Source: Nitrospirota bacterium
Lineage (GTDB): Bacteria > JACPQY01
Assembly: GCA_016180645.1 (NCBI GenBank)
Contig: JACPAV010000008.1
Coordinates: 62,001 to 121,011 of the forward strand
Direction: 5' to 3'
Length of the DNA: 59,011 nt
Positions 1-9,702 of the stretch are shown piece by piece. Position numbers and translations under genes: made by a program. A model generated the notes under the pieces. That model saw nothing but the letters and a program-made list of their open reading frames with translations. It was not told the DNA's origin and made no database searches. Each line of letters starts with the position of its first letter. The first letter of the stretch is position 1.

Positions 1-1043
1 CCCTCCGATACCATGTCTGACCAATTCGAGAGAATGTCGTGAGCCTCCCCGAATCGGCCTGTAGCCAGACACAGTCCTCGGAGCGAGATGAACGTATCCC
101 GCCCCCAATCGGTGAACCACGGATAGCCGGCCACAAGAGTCTTGCCTTCTCCCCGCTTGGTGGCATCCAGCCAGTCGCGGGACGGCCATGCCGTCCTGGC
201 GCCGCCTCGTCGCACCAGGTAAGAATCAGCAGACTGGTGGAGCGGCGAGGAGAAACGCTTGCGTCGGTTCAACTCCGCCTTTCGATGAGCCTCAAAGCGC
301 GACCTCGCGTCAATGGTGGCGTCCACGGATGAACCGGCCTGCTCAGCCGATAGAATCCAGATCGCCGGGCCTGCCGACAGATCCCACTTCATCACACCGG
401 GCGATCCGAGATCCTCACTGGAATCCAAGCCCCGGTCCCGCTCTTGGGCGTACAGGAAGTTGCCGTACCAGGTCGGCTCATGGCGGTACGTACCGTTCAT
501 CCGACTGACCACTCGTGGATGGACGGCATAGGGTCTCCAAGACACGTAACCTTCACCCGCCCCTGACTCAAAGTTGAACGATGGGTTGTTGTGGTGCAAC
601 GAGTGGTAGTCACGACCTGACAGGAAGGGACGGACACGAAGCCGGCCTGGCTGCTTCTTGCCAAGCACTTTCCAGGAGATGCACACGGATTGTGTCTCGT
701 GCGGCACGAACAGCTCGTGCAGGAGGCGCGTCCCGTTCTCAAACTGGAACGTCCATGTGGGCCACGGGTCGGGCTTGAAGGAATCGATTCGGGTCATTCC
801 ATCCGGATGCACCACCTCCGGCAGGTATCGCTGGGAGGTGATCGCATAGCTGCCCTCCGGGGTGTCGACCCAGGCGTCAAACCCGTTGACGAGCACCACA
901 CGGCCGGCGGGGGGATCCGTGGCGACGAGAAGGAGGGCGTGGTAGCGGCGGCTGCGGATTCCGGAAACTGTTCCTGACGCGAACCCACCGAGGCCGTCCG
1001 CCTCCAGCCATTCCGCGTTGGGATCGAAACCAAGACCCTCCAA
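1..1043 (-). CDS. Glycogen debranching enzyme / amylo-alpha-1,6-glucosidase (GDE_N + start of GDE_C), 3' part beyond the left window edge
   Basis: Manual translation of the minus strand (not in ORF track, no stop in window): EWLEADGLGGFASGT..RRYHALL..FLSGRDYH..AGYPWFTDWGRDTFISLRGL. Probable TTG start at 1043, with an in-frame TAG just upstream. Confidence 0.88.
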   Translation of the reverse strand, partial: MEGLGFDPNAEWLEADGLGGFASGTVSGIRSRRYHALLLVATDPPAGRVVLVNGFDAWVDTPEGSYAITSQRYLPEVVHPDGMTRIDSFKPDPWPTWTFQFENGTRLLHELFVPHETQSVCISWKVLGKKQPGRLRVRPFLSGRDYHSLHHNNPSFNFESGAGEGYVSWRPYAVHPRVVSRMNGTYRHEPTWYGNFLYAQERDRGLDSSEDLGSPGVMKWDLSAGPAIWILSAEQAGSSVDATIDARSRFEAHRKAELNRRKRFSSPLHQSADSYLVRRGGARTAWPSRDWLDATKRGEGKTLVAGYPWFTDWGRDTFISLRGLCLATGRFGEAHDILSNWSDMVSE

Positions 1044-1058
1044 CAGAATGACCTATTC

Positions 1059-1116
1059 GTAGGGGGGCATCTTTAGATGCTCCTCTTATCGGGAGGGTCT
1101 AAAGACCCCCCCCTAC
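1059..1116. repeat. GTAG-tagged REP-like doublet (two hairpins, GTAG...CTAC ends)
   Basis: GTAGGGGGGCATCTTTAGATGCTCC-TCTTATC-GGGAGGGTCTAAAGACCCCCCCCTAC. Closely matches the reverse complement of 58963-59011. Confidence 0.8.
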
Positions 1117-1133
1117 CCATTCTGCCAGGGACT

Positions 1134-3815
1134 CTAGATGGCATGTCGGGCCAAGTCTTGAAACAGTTTTGCAACGAGCGCGGTCCAGCCCGTCTGGTGG
1201 CTGGCTCCCAAGCCCTTGCCGGAGTCTCCGTGGAAATACTCGTAAAAGAGAACCAGGTTCTTCCAATCGGGGTCCCGGGCATATCGCGCGTCGTCACCGT
1301 GGCAGGGCCGTCGTCCTTCCGCGTCCGGCAGGAACAGACGGGACAGCCGCGTGGCCAGTTCGTGGGCCACTTCCGACAGATTCATCCTCCGCCCGGACCC
1401 CGTGGGACATTCCACTCGAAACTTGTCGCCGTAGAAATGGTGATACCGTTCCAGAGCCTCGATGAGCAGGTAGTTCAGCGGGAACCAGATCGGCCCGCGC
1501 CAATTGGAATTTCCCCCGAACAACGCCGTGGTCGATTCTCCGGGAACGTACTCCACGCGATATTCGTCGCCGTTCAAGCCGAAGACGTAGGGATCTTCGC
1601 CGTGCGCCTTCGAGAGCGATCGGATGCCGTAGGGCGACAGGAACTCCTTTTCATCCAGCAGGTAGCGCATGACTCGCTCAAGGCGCCGGCGACTCGGGAT
1701 GGCGAGCAGCCGATGGCTGTGATTTCCCTCCTCCACGGACTCCATGTACGAAATGGTCTCCGCAAGATCCTTCCTGTTTTCCAGAAACCACTTCATTCTT
1801 TTCGAGAAACCCTTCAATCGGCCGATGGTTTCCCAATCCAGAACCTCCACGGCAAGAAGCGGGATGATCCCCACCATCGACCGTACCCGCAGCGGGATGG
1901 TTCGTCCGCCAAGCAGGAGCTGGTCGTAGTAGAACCCATCCTCTTCGTTCCAGAGTCCGGTGCCCCCAAGAGTGTTCATGGCGTCGGTTATCGCTACAAA
2001 ATGTTCGAAGAATTTCGAGGCGACGTCCTCGTAGGCGGGTTCTTCCTTCGCCAGTTCAAGCGCCATGGCCATCATCGTGGCGGCGTAGAACGCCATCCAG
2101 GCCGTGCCGTCCGCCTGTTCCAAGTGCCCGCCGGAGGGAAGAGGCTTGGAGCGGTCGAACGCGCCGATGTTGTCGAGTCCCAGAAAACCGCCGGCGAAGA
2201 TGTTGTTTCCGTCCACGTCCTTCCGGTTCACCCACCACGTGAAGTTGAGAAGTAATTTCTGAAACGTCCGCGCAAGGAAGAGGCGGTCGCGTTTTCCGCG
2301 GGCGCCGGTCATCTTGTACACCCTCCAACACGACCACGCATGAACCGGAGGATTCACGTCGTCGAACGCGAACTCGTAGGCGGGCATCTGGCCATTGGGG
2401 TGCATGTACCATTCGCGCAAGAGGAGGATGAGCTGTTGCTTCGCGAACTCCGGATCAAGTTGCGCGAAGGGAATCATGTGGAAGGCGAGGTCCCACGCCG
2501 CGTACCACGGGTACTCCCACTTGTCCGGCATGGAAAGAACATCGCGGTTGTAGAGATGGACCCACTCGCGGTTGCGACCCTTCCGGCGATTCTCCGGCGG
2601 CGACGGTTGTGAAGGATCGCCTTCGAGCCAGTGGCCGACGACATAGTGATAGAACTGCTTGCTCCAGAGGAGTCCCGCCTGGGCTTGCCGAACCACGGAG
2701 CGGGCATCCGCCGAGAGCGAGTTGGGAAGTATCTCCTCGTAGTAGGCATCGGCTTCTTCGATCCTCGTGGCGAAAACACGGTCGAAGGCTTTCCCGAACG
2801 TGATGGAGTTCCGGTCTCCTTCACGCCGAAGCCGGAGGGAAAGCGAAACCGTTTCGTTCGGCGACAAGTCCAACGTGTAGTGCGCCGCCGCTTTCGTCCC
2901 CACCGCCGCGACATTCACGGCCTCGCTCCGGCCGTGGACCACGGCGTCGTGAAACCCGTCCTTGGAAAATCGCGCGCCGTTCTTGAACCCGTAAAGGCGC
3001 TCGAAGTTCGTTTCGTTTTCCGTGAAGAGGAAGGCCGGCAGGTTGCCCTTTGGGCTAGGGCCCGCGTCCAGCCGGTATCGGCCAAGGGAAACGTGCTCAG
3101 CCGATATCGCATTGGCCGACATCAACGCGAGCGTCGGTTTCGGCCAATAGCCTTCGCCGGACCTGCCCCACGACCATGTGTTGCGGAACCAGAAAGTCGG
3201 GAGCACGTGCAGGACCGCGCGATCCTTGCCGTGGTTTTCGATCGTCAGCCGGATAAGAATGTCGTCCGCATCAGCCTTGGCGTACTCCACCCAGACATCG
3301 AAATAGCGGCCCTGATCGAACACGCCCAGATCGGCCAGTTCGATCTCGGGATGCGATCGATCCCGTTTCCCTGCCTCCTCAAGGAGACGGCCGTATGGGA
3401 ACTCACCATGCGGGTATTTGTACAGGGCCTTCATGTAGGAATGCGTCGGCGTGGAATCGAGGTAGTAGTAGCTCTCCTTCACGTCCTCACCGTGATTGCC
3501 TTCCGGGCCGGTGAGACCGAACAGCCGTTCCTTCAGAATCGGGTCCTTTCCGTTCCAGAGCGCCACGGCGAAGCAGAGGCGGCCTTCGCGGTCGGAGATC
3601 CCGAGTAGGCCATCCTCCCCCCAGCGGTACGCCCGACTTCGGGCATGATCGTGCGGGAGATACGACCAGCATTCGCCTCCGGGGGAATAGTCTTCCCGCA
3701 CGGTCCCCCACTGCCGCTCCGAGAGATAAGGCCCCCAGCGCTTCCAATTCTTCTCGCGCCGGGCGTCCTCCGCCAAACGCAATGCTTCAGCTCCGGCATG
3801 ATTCCGTTTGTTCAT
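1134..3815 (-). CDS. GH63-type (MGH1-like) glucosidase
   Basis: 893 aa; [46 protein letters not shown] and [15 protein letters not shown] motifs. Confidence 0.9.
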   Translation of the reverse strand: MNKRNHAGAEALRLAEDARREKNWKRWGPYLSERQWGTVREDYSPGGECWSYLPHDHARSRAYRWGEDGLLGISDREGRLCFAVALWNGKDPILKERLFGLTGPEGNHGEDVKESYYYLDSTPTHSYMKALYKYPHGEFPYGRLLEEAGKRDRSHPEIELADLGVFDQGRYFDVWVEYAKADADDILIRLTIENHGKDRAVLHVLPTFWFRNTWSWGRSGEGYWPKPTLALMSANAISAEHVSLGRYRLDAGPSPKGNLPAFLFTENETNFERLYGFKNGARFSKDGFHDAVVHGRSEAVNVAAVGTKAAAHYTLDLSPNETVSLSLRLRREGDRNSITFGKAFDRVFATRIEEADAYYEEILPNSLSADARSVVRQAQAGLLWSKQFYHYVVGHWLEGDPSQPSPPENRRKGRNREWVHLYNRDVLSMPDKWEYPWYAAWDLAFHMIPFAQLDPEFAKQQLILLLREWYMHPNGQMPAYEFAFDDVNPPVHAWSCWRVYKMTGARGKRDRLFLARTFQKLLLNFTWWVNRKDVDGNNIFAGGFLGLDNIGAFDRSKPLPSGGHLEQADGTAWMAFYAATMMAMALELAKEEPAYEDVASKFFEHFVAITDAMNTLGGTGLWNEEDGFYYDQLLLGGRTIPLRVRSMVGIIPLLAVEVLDWETIGRLKGFSKRMKWFLENRKDLAETISYMESVEEGNHSHRLLAIPSRRRLERVMRYLLDEKEFLSPYGIRSLSKAHGEDPYVFGLNGDEYRVEYVPGESTTALFGGNSNWRGPIWFPLNYLLIEALERYHHFYGDKFRVECPTGSGRRMNLSEVAHELATRLSRLFLPDAEGRRPCHGDDARYARDPDWKNLVLFYEYFHGDSGKGLGASHQTGWTALVAKLFQDLARHAI

Positions 3816-3895
3816 ATCGAAGACAATTCACTCCTAAGGTTCAAGAACTCCTGCTCGGGAACGCCATTTGCCCGAACACACTTGTCCGCGGACCA

Positions 3896-4144
3896 CTAGG
3901 CCGCGTAGTGGTGGAGCAGCTCGGAGACAAATGCCTGGTAGGGAATTCCCAGTTGCCTCGCCTTCTTCTTGATGCTCTCCAAATCCTGACGGTTCACCCG
4001 GATATTCAGGACGGCGTCCTTCTTTCGGCGCGCAATAGCCTGCGCGATGGCTTCGAACTCCGCCCGTTTCACGGGGCGGTACTCGCCCCGTACCAAGGCG
4101 CCTTCAATCGCCCTTTCACTCCGGCTCAGATTCATCCTTTTCAT
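3896..4144 (-). CDS. BrnA-like / CopG-RHH antitoxin
   Basis: 82 aa from ATG 4144, with ATGA overlap to the toxin stop; C-terminal KKDAVLNIRV..IKKKARQLGIPYQ RHH signature. Confidence 0.78.
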   Translation of the reverse strand: MKRMNLSRSERAIEGALVRGEYRPVKRAEFEAIAQAIARRKKDAVLNIRVNRQDLESIKKKARQLGIPYQAFVSELLHHYAA

Positions 4145-4401
4145 GCCAATTCTCCCTTCTTCCACATTCGCGTGTATTTCCGGCTGGGGAAAAGCGTCTT
4201 CAAGAAAACGGTCTCTCCCCTTGCCACATAGGGCACTACCCAAATGTAGCCCCCAAGTTCGAAGAGCAGGATATTCTGGTGCGAACGGCTCGGGTGCTCC
4301 TTCACGGCTACCAGCCTTGCTCGGACGATCTCCTCGAAAGAGACGCCCCGTTTTCTCTTCAGCTTTTTGCTCTTGGAAAGAGCCCACCGGACATCGGCCA
4401 T
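4141..4401 (-). CDS. brnT: BrnT-family toxin
   Basis: 86 aa; W..K.KKLK..RGVSFEEIV..VVPYV..FLKTLFPSRK pattern, directly upstream of an RHH antitoxin. Confidence 0.75.
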   Translation of the reverse strand: MADVRWALSKSKKLKRKRGVSFEEIVRARLVAVKEHPSRSHQNILLFELGGYIWVVPYVARGETVFLKTLFPSRKYTRMWKKGELA

Positions 4402-4409
4402 CTCATGGA

Positions 4410-4438
4410 GTTGTAATACAAATGTATATACTAATCAA
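4410..4438 (-). promoter_or_regulatory. Probable promoter/operator of the BrnTA pair
   Basis: AT-rich patch. Minus strand reads TTGATT-N17-TACAAC (weak -10), with inverted repeat ATACA-aa-TGTAT (4416-4427) in the spacer. Confidence 0.45.
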
Positions 4439-4722
4439 GAGGAGGGGAGCACGCTCAACAGGTCATGTCAAGCGCCAAAACCCAAAACTCAATATTCAAT
4501 TGCCCCGACGTTCTTATCTGGGGAGGGCCCCCACCGCGGGAATCGGGCATCGAGAAGAGTGGATTTCCTCGGGAGACCAACCCGAACGCTCCCTAATCGT
4601 CACACTCCATGACTCCCGAGCGCAAAAGCGACGGAGGTCGTGCTCTTGGACGATAATCACAACCGGATCGCGATCCGTCAACCGCGGCACCATGACCTGA
4701 ACGCCCGGAATACGCCGGATCG

Positions 4723-5283
4723 ATGAAAAGGACGAACGAGGTCGAGACCTTCTGCCGCCAGGTGCGCGCACGGTCCGCCGAGAACAGGCAGGCTATGCTC
4801 GCCGTGCGTGCTTTGCCAGGGCAAATGATCTCAGTGCTCCGCCAAGAGATCGACTCTCCGGTGCGTGTCGTCTTCCTCTTAGCGCAGGATGATCGGGACT
4901 ACCGGCAGACGCTCATCGAGGAATCAGTGTCCGGACAGCGTTGGCGCAGACGCAATTCCAAGCAGCATGTAACCGACCGTGAGATGGTTGACCTAACCAA
5001 CACCCTTCACGGCTGGACAAGGTCCGTATACGCCTTCGGTTGCGCATTCGTCCACCTTTCCAACTTCCACGACCATCAAACCCGAGATCCGTTGGACCAG
5101 ATTTCCGCGGCCGAGCGAAATGCGGTTCTCGACCACCTTCGCCATTACCACGGTGGCCCAAACGGAGCGGCACCCACATTCTTGGAACTTATGCCATTCT
5201 TGCCAAGGGTCTTTGCGAAAATCGCCGACAACCTGGAGTGCTACGTGAAGCAGCTTGAGCAGGACGACAACCTGGAAACGTGA
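4723..5283 (+). CDS. Hypothetical protein (accessory)
   Basis: 186 aa ORF with globular composition, located between two TA pairs. Confidence 0.65.
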   Translation: MKRTNEVETFCRQVRARSAENRQAMLAVRALPGQMISVLRQEIDSPVRVVFLLAQDDRDYRQTLIEESVSGQRWRRRNSKQHVTDREMVDLTNTLHGWTRSVYAFGCAFVHLSNFHDHQTRDPLDQISAAERNAVLDHLRHYHGGPNGAAPTFLELMPFLPRVFAKIADNLECYVKQLEQDDNLET

Positions 5284-5384
5284 GACGGTGCCACGATAGC
5301 CAATCGGGATCTGATCCCAGCTTCTACGGAGAATCTTCGCCGCACTTCTTGCCGGTGCGCACCAAAACGGGTACTCTTGGAGCT

Positions 5385-5588
5385 ATGGCGATGGTCCGGA
5401 AAGATCCCAGGCGTGCATCCCCGAAAAGACCCGATGCCGCGAAGGCACGCGCCGCGCTCCACAGTTTGCGCGCGAGCCTCGCGAAAAAATCCTCCCGTTT
5501 CGAGGGCATGACGGAGGAGGAGGTGATTCGGGTGTTGAAAGAAACCCGACGCCGGCTTTGGGAGAGAAAGCTTGCTGTTGGTGCTTGA
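5385..5588 (+). CDS. Putative antitoxin of the PIN toxin
   Basis: Short basic ORF (MTEEEVIRVLKETRRRLW) overlapping the start of the PIN gene. Confidence 0.6.
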   Translation: MAMVRKDPRRASPKRPDAAKARAALHSLRASLAKKSSRFEGMTEEEVIRVLKETRRRLWERKLAVGA

Positions 5589-5994
5589 TTCGAATGAGTA
5601 CATTTTCGGCATTGCGCCACCGGGGAAGTCCTCATGCAGGGCTCTGCTAGACGCGGTCCTGGCGGATCCTCTCGCCAACTCGCTCAGGATTCCCCGGACC
5701 ATTGTGGATGAGGTTCGCGGGAATCTCGCCTCAGAAGATTTCAAGACATTCATGACCTTCATCAACGCCCTTGCCATAATTGACGAGGACTTCGAGGTTC
5801 CCTTTGAGACGGCGTGGAAGTATGAGGCGAAGGGCCTGAAACCCGGGGATGCGTTCATTGCCGGATACACAGAGTGGGTCGGCGCAAACTTCTTGGTGAC
5901 GGAGAATCGGCGGGACTTTCTTCACCGTGCAGGCGAATTTCCCTTCAAGGCGGTAAATGCCGAGACTTACTTGAAGCTCATCAAGTGGAAATAA
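5572..5994 (+). CDS. PIN-domain (VapC-like) ribonuclease toxin
   Basis: LVLDSN..E..GDAFIA..LVTENRRDF acidic PIN motifs. Confidence 0.8.
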   Translation: MLLVLDSNEYIFGIAPPGKSSCRALLDAVLADPLANSLRIPRTIVDEVRGNLASEDFKTFMTFINALAIIDEDFEVPFETAWKYEAKGLKPGDAFIAGYTEWVGANFLVTENRRDFLHRAGEFPFKAVNAETYLKLIKWK

Positions 5995-6022
5995 GCACCC
6001 GCAATCGCAACCGTTGAAGGCT

Positions 6023-7261
6023 TCAGGCGGCGACGGGCTGGAAACGAGAGCGAAAAGCCTCTTCGGTCATCTTCGCGGCGGAGGCGAGCCGCCGAACTTC
6101 CTCTGTCGATTCGAAATCGCTCTTTCGCAGACGGATCATGTACCGGAGGGCCACCTCGTAGCTCTCCGACTCAACATCCACCAGCCTGAGTCTCGTCCGG
6201 CCCGTCTGAGGGTCCACCATCGCGCCGAACGGAATGGGAACCACCTTGCCTTCCGACAGGGCCACCATCACATTGGGTCCGGATTCCAGGAGGAACTTTA
6301 CCGCGGCGTGACCCAGAGTGCGGGTGTACTCCAGGTCAAAGGCAATGGGCGCCGCACAGCGGAGTTCATAGCCGATGTTCTTGTCCGAAATAGGAATGGA
6401 CATCCCGCGCTCTTTCAGGCTCTGTTCGATCCGGCGCTTCATGAATTCGGCAAAGCCCAACTCCGCCAGCCGGAGGTGACCGTGCTCGTCCGTTCGGGCT
6501 TCGTCCAGTCCCTGCAGGCCGTCGGCCCTCAATTTCTCGGCCACACCTTCGGCGACCACCGCCACGCCATCGTCTTTGCCCGCCGCGCGCCGCTTGATCA
6601 TCGCGCCCTCTATGATGTCGCACACATGGCGCACGGACACCATGGATGGAAACTCCTCGGGGATGACCGCCAAGGTGGCCCCGGCGGCACGGGCGATGCC
6701 GAGCGCCAGGTGGCCCGCGGAACGTCCCATGGCGACCACGATGAACCACCGTTGCGTTGTACGGGAATCCTCCATTAAATTGCCGACCAGTGCGGCGCCC
6801 AGCTCGCGCGCCGTTTCGAATCCGAACGTCGGCATTCCGCTCGGGAGCGGGAGATCGTTATCGATGGTCTTCGGCACGTGAACCACGTTCACCTTCCCCC
6901 CGCTCGCCTCGTGGAGCTTCACGGCGGTGGTGGCGGTGTCATCTCCCCCGATTGTCACGAGGTGCTCAATCCCGAGCGCGGCGAGGCCGTTCAGAACGTT
7001 GCGCATGCTCTGAGCGTCCTTCGTCGGGTTGGTCCTGGAGGTCCGGAGGATGGAGCCCCCGTGCGTATGAATTCTGGAAACGTCCTCAATCTTGAGCGAT
7101 TCCACCTGGCTGACTCCTCCGGCGGCAAGGTGTTTGAACCCGTCCAGGATTCCCACCACCTCGCATCCCCGGTTGATCGCCTCGATTGTCGCCGAGCCGA
7201 TGACGCCGTTGATCCCCGGCGCCGGACCGCCGCCAACGATGATCCCGACTTTTCTTGTCAT
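6023..7261 (-). CDS. pfp: Pyrophosphate-dependent 6-phosphofructokinase
   Basis: GGGPAPGIN, GGDDT, PKTIDND and MGR motifs; GGDD plus Lys indicates the PPi type. ATG 7261 overlaps the glgA stop. Confidence 0.85.
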   Translation of the reverse strand: MTRKVGIIVGGGPAPGINGVIGSATIEAINRGCEVVGILDGFKHLAAGGVSQVESLKIEDVSRIHTHGGSILRTSRTNPTKDAQSMRNVLNGLAALGIEHLVTIGGDDTATTAVKLHEASGGKVNVVHVPKTIDNDLPLPSGMPTFGFETARELGAALVGNLMEDSRTTQRWFIVVAMGRSAGHLALGIARAAGATLAVIPEEFPSMVSVRHVCDIIEGAMIKRRAAGKDDGVAVVAEGVAEKLRADGLQGLDEARTDEHGHLRLAELGFAEFMKRRIEQSLKERGMSIPISDKNIGYELRCAAPIAFDLEYTRTLGHAAVKFLLESGPNVMVALSEGKVVPIPFGAMVDPQTGRTRLRLVDVESESYEVALRYMIRLRKSDFESTEEVRRLASAAKMTEEAFRSRFQPVAA

Positions 7262-8676
7262 GCGGGCTTCAAGGAATAGAGCAGTGCTGCGTAGGCTTCC
7301 GCCGAGTGATCCCATGAGAAATCCTGCTCCGTGCAGGTCTTCCGCAGCATCGACAGGCCGCCGTTCGCGCAGGCTTCCCGCGCCCGGCCCAGCGCGTCAA
7401 CCACCGAATCGGCCGTCAACGGCGAAAAGAGGAATCCCGTTCGACCCTCCTCAATGGTATCGATCAAGCCCCCGACCCGATGGGCTACGGGAACCGCCCC
7501 ATAGCGCATCGCAATCATCTGGGTGAGTCCGCACGGCTCATACCGGGAGGGCACGAGAAACAAATCACTGCCGGCGTAGATACGGCGCGCGAGTGCGTCG
7601 TCGAAATCGACCTTGACCGCGAACCGTCCGGCCAACCGCCCGCCGGTCTCCCGCACCGCCTTCTCCAGCGCCTCGCTCCCCCGACCGAGCACGGCCATCT
7701 GCATACCGCTTTCGACGATCCGATCCGCCGCTTCGCACACCACGTCAATTCCCTTCTGCGGCGTAAGCCGTGAGACGATGCCCACGAGGACCACTTTCGG
7801 ATCCATTTCGAGGCCCATCTCTTCCTGCAAGGCGGCTTTCGACGCCGCCTTCCATCGATCAAGCGAGAGGGTCAGTTTCTTCTTGAGAGCCTTGTCCTTG
7901 CGCGGGTTCCACACCTCGGAGTCGATGCCATCGAGAATGCCCGTGAGCTTGGCCGCATATTTCCGCAGGAGACCATCGAGCGCAAACCCGGCCTCGGGGG
8001 TCTGGATCTCCCGGGCGTACTGCGGACTCACTACGTTCACCGCGTCGGCAAACACAATCCCGGCCTTGATGAAATTCACCTTCCCGTAGAACTCCAGGAC
8101 CTCGGTGTTGAAGTCCTCCGCCGGAAGTCCCAACTCATCCAGGACCTCCTTTGGGAAAACGCCTTGGTATCCAAGATTATGGATGGTGAGAAGGCATCGC
8201 AGATTCGAAAGCGCCGGATCTTCACGATAGGCGGGATACCGCCGCAGGAGGTACGGCACGAGGGCCGTGTGCCAATCGTGCGCGTGCAGGACATCGGCTT
8301 CGAACAGTCCCTGCCGCACCCCTTCAATCGCGGTAAAGGCGAGGGCGGAGAATCGCCGATGCTCATCCGCGACATCCCCGTCGGAATCGTTGTAGACGTA
8401 GGGACGATTGAACAACGAGGGTGCGTCGAGGAAGGCCCACCGCACGCCCCTCTTCTCTTGCGTGAACACCTTCGCCGGGATGGCTTCCCCGGCGAGTTCG
8501 AGCCGGATTTCCCGGCCCCCTTTGATCTTGATTGAGGTCGGCCGGTACATCGGACTCAAGACCGTCACTTCAAATCCCTTTCCGGACAACGCCACCGGCA
8601 GCGAGCCCATGACGTCTCCGAGCCCGCCCACTTTGCTGTATGGAAACACTTCCGAAGCCACCATCAGAACACGCAT
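7258..8676 (-). CDS. glgA: Glycogen synthase
   Basis: MRVLMVASE..KVGGLGDV, HAHDWH, TIHNLGYQG, PSRYEPCGLTQ. Confidence 0.95.
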   Translation of the reverse strand: MRVLMVASEVFPYSKVGGLGDVMGSLPVALSGKGFEVTVLSPMYRPTSIKIKGGREIRLELAGEAIPAKVFTQEKRGVRWAFLDAPSLFNRPYVYNDSDGDVADEHRRFSALAFTAIEGVRQGLFEADVLHAHDWHTALVPYLLRRYPAYREDPALSNLRCLLTIHNLGYQGVFPKEVLDELGLPAEDFNTEVLEFYGKVNFIKAGIVFADAVNVVSPQYAREIQTPEAGFALDGLLRKYAAKLTGILDGIDSEVWNPRKDKALKKKLTLSLDRWKAASKAALQEEMGLEMDPKVVLVGIVSRLTPQKGIDVVCEAADRIVESGMQMAVLGRGSEALEKAVRETGGRLAGRFAVKVDFDDALARRIYAGSDLFLVPSRYEPCGLTQMIAMRYGAVPVAHRVGGLIDTIEEGRTGFLFSPLTADSVVDALGRAREACANGGLSMLRKTCTEQDFSWDHSAEAYAALLYSLKPA

Positions 8677-8678
8677 CA

Positions 8679-9671
8679 CTACACCCCCCGTAAAAAAGTG
8701 GCCGCCTCTTCGGGCGGCGCGGGATTGATGAAAAAACCCGCTCCTTTTTCGAACCCGGCGATCCGGGTCTGTATGGGCGTGATTTCGAAATGCCAATGGA
8801 AGGAGTCCTCCACGCGGTCCCCATCCGATGGCGCGGAATGAAGGTAGAAATTGTACGGAATGTGGCCGAGCGTCCGGTCCAACCGGCGGAAGATGTCGCA
8901 GAAGATGGCCGAGAGGTCGTCGAGCTGGGCGTCGGTGATGTGTTCATAGTAGGCGGCGTGATGCCGGGGCGCGATCCATGTCTCAAACGGAAATCGCGAG
9001 GCGAACGGTTCGAAGGCTACGAAATCCTGCGAGACCGACACGATGCGCTCGCCCTGGTCCATTTCCTGCCTCAGGATGTCGCAGAAGATGCAACGTTCGC
9101 GGTAGGTAAAATGGAATTTGGCGCCGTCCATCTCCGTGGCCAACTCCCTCGGGACGATGGGCAGGGCGATGAGCTGGCTGTGCGGATGTTCCAGCGTGGC
9201 GCCGGCTTCCTCGCCGTAGTTCTTGAAGACGACCATGGAACGCATCCGCTTGTCGCGCTTCAGGTCGTTGATCCTTTCCCGAAAGACCCACAGATTGTCC
9301 CGCCACAGGGCCGTCGTACAGGTCGAGAGTTTTTCATCGTGCTTCGGCGACTCGATGATCACTTCGTGCGCGCCAACGCCGTTCATGATGTCGTACACGC
9401 CCAGACCCCGACGGTCGAGTTCCCCCTCCACCCGGAGCGCAGGGAACTTGTTGGGCACCACCCTCACCCGCCAAGCCCCGTCTCGGCCGTTCAATCGCAA
9501 GATTTCGGGCGGCGTCAGGTGTTCATGGCCCACGCAAAAAGGACAGTTGCCTTGCGAGTCCGCCGAGGGCGCCGTCATCGTGATCTCCCCGAAATCGGAG
9601 GCGCGCTTTCTCCGCTCGGTCGATATGATGACCCAGCGGCCGGTGATGGGATCCTTTCTCAGCTCAGGCAT
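8679..9671 (-). CDS. galT: Galactose-1-phosphate uridylyltransferase-family protein
   Basis: ELRKDP, CPFC, VVPNKFPAL, EHPHSQ active-site motif. Confidence 0.88.
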   Translation of the reverse strand: MPELRKDPITGRWVIISTERRKRASDFGEITMTAPSADSQGNCPFCVGHEHLTPPEILRLNGRDGAWRVRVVPNKFPALRVEGELDRRGLGVYDIMNGVGAHEVIIESPKHDEKLSTCTTALWRDNLWVFRERINDLKRDKRMRSMVVFKNYGEEAGATLEHPHSQLIALPIVPRELATEMDGAKFHFTYRERCIFCDILRQEMDQGERIVSVSQDFVAFEPFASRFPFETWIAPRHHAAYYEHITDAQLDDLSAIFCDIFRRLDRTLGHIPYNFYLHSAPSDGDRVEDSFHWHFEITPIQTRIAGFEKGAGFFINPAPPEEAATFLRGV

Positions 9672-9702
9672 GGGTGGGCCTAGAGCTTAGCATAGATCGT
9701 TC

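Noticed and set aside
1-1043. Apparent absence of a gene, or a frameshifted pseudogene, at the left end
   Set aside because: Manual translation gives one open frame to the window edge; it is missing from the track only because no stop lies in the window.
1077-3608. Long plus-strand ORFs (392 and 325 aa) opposite GH63, and similar antisense ORFs throughout
   Set aside because: Shadow frames of GC-rich genes with no recognisable motifs.
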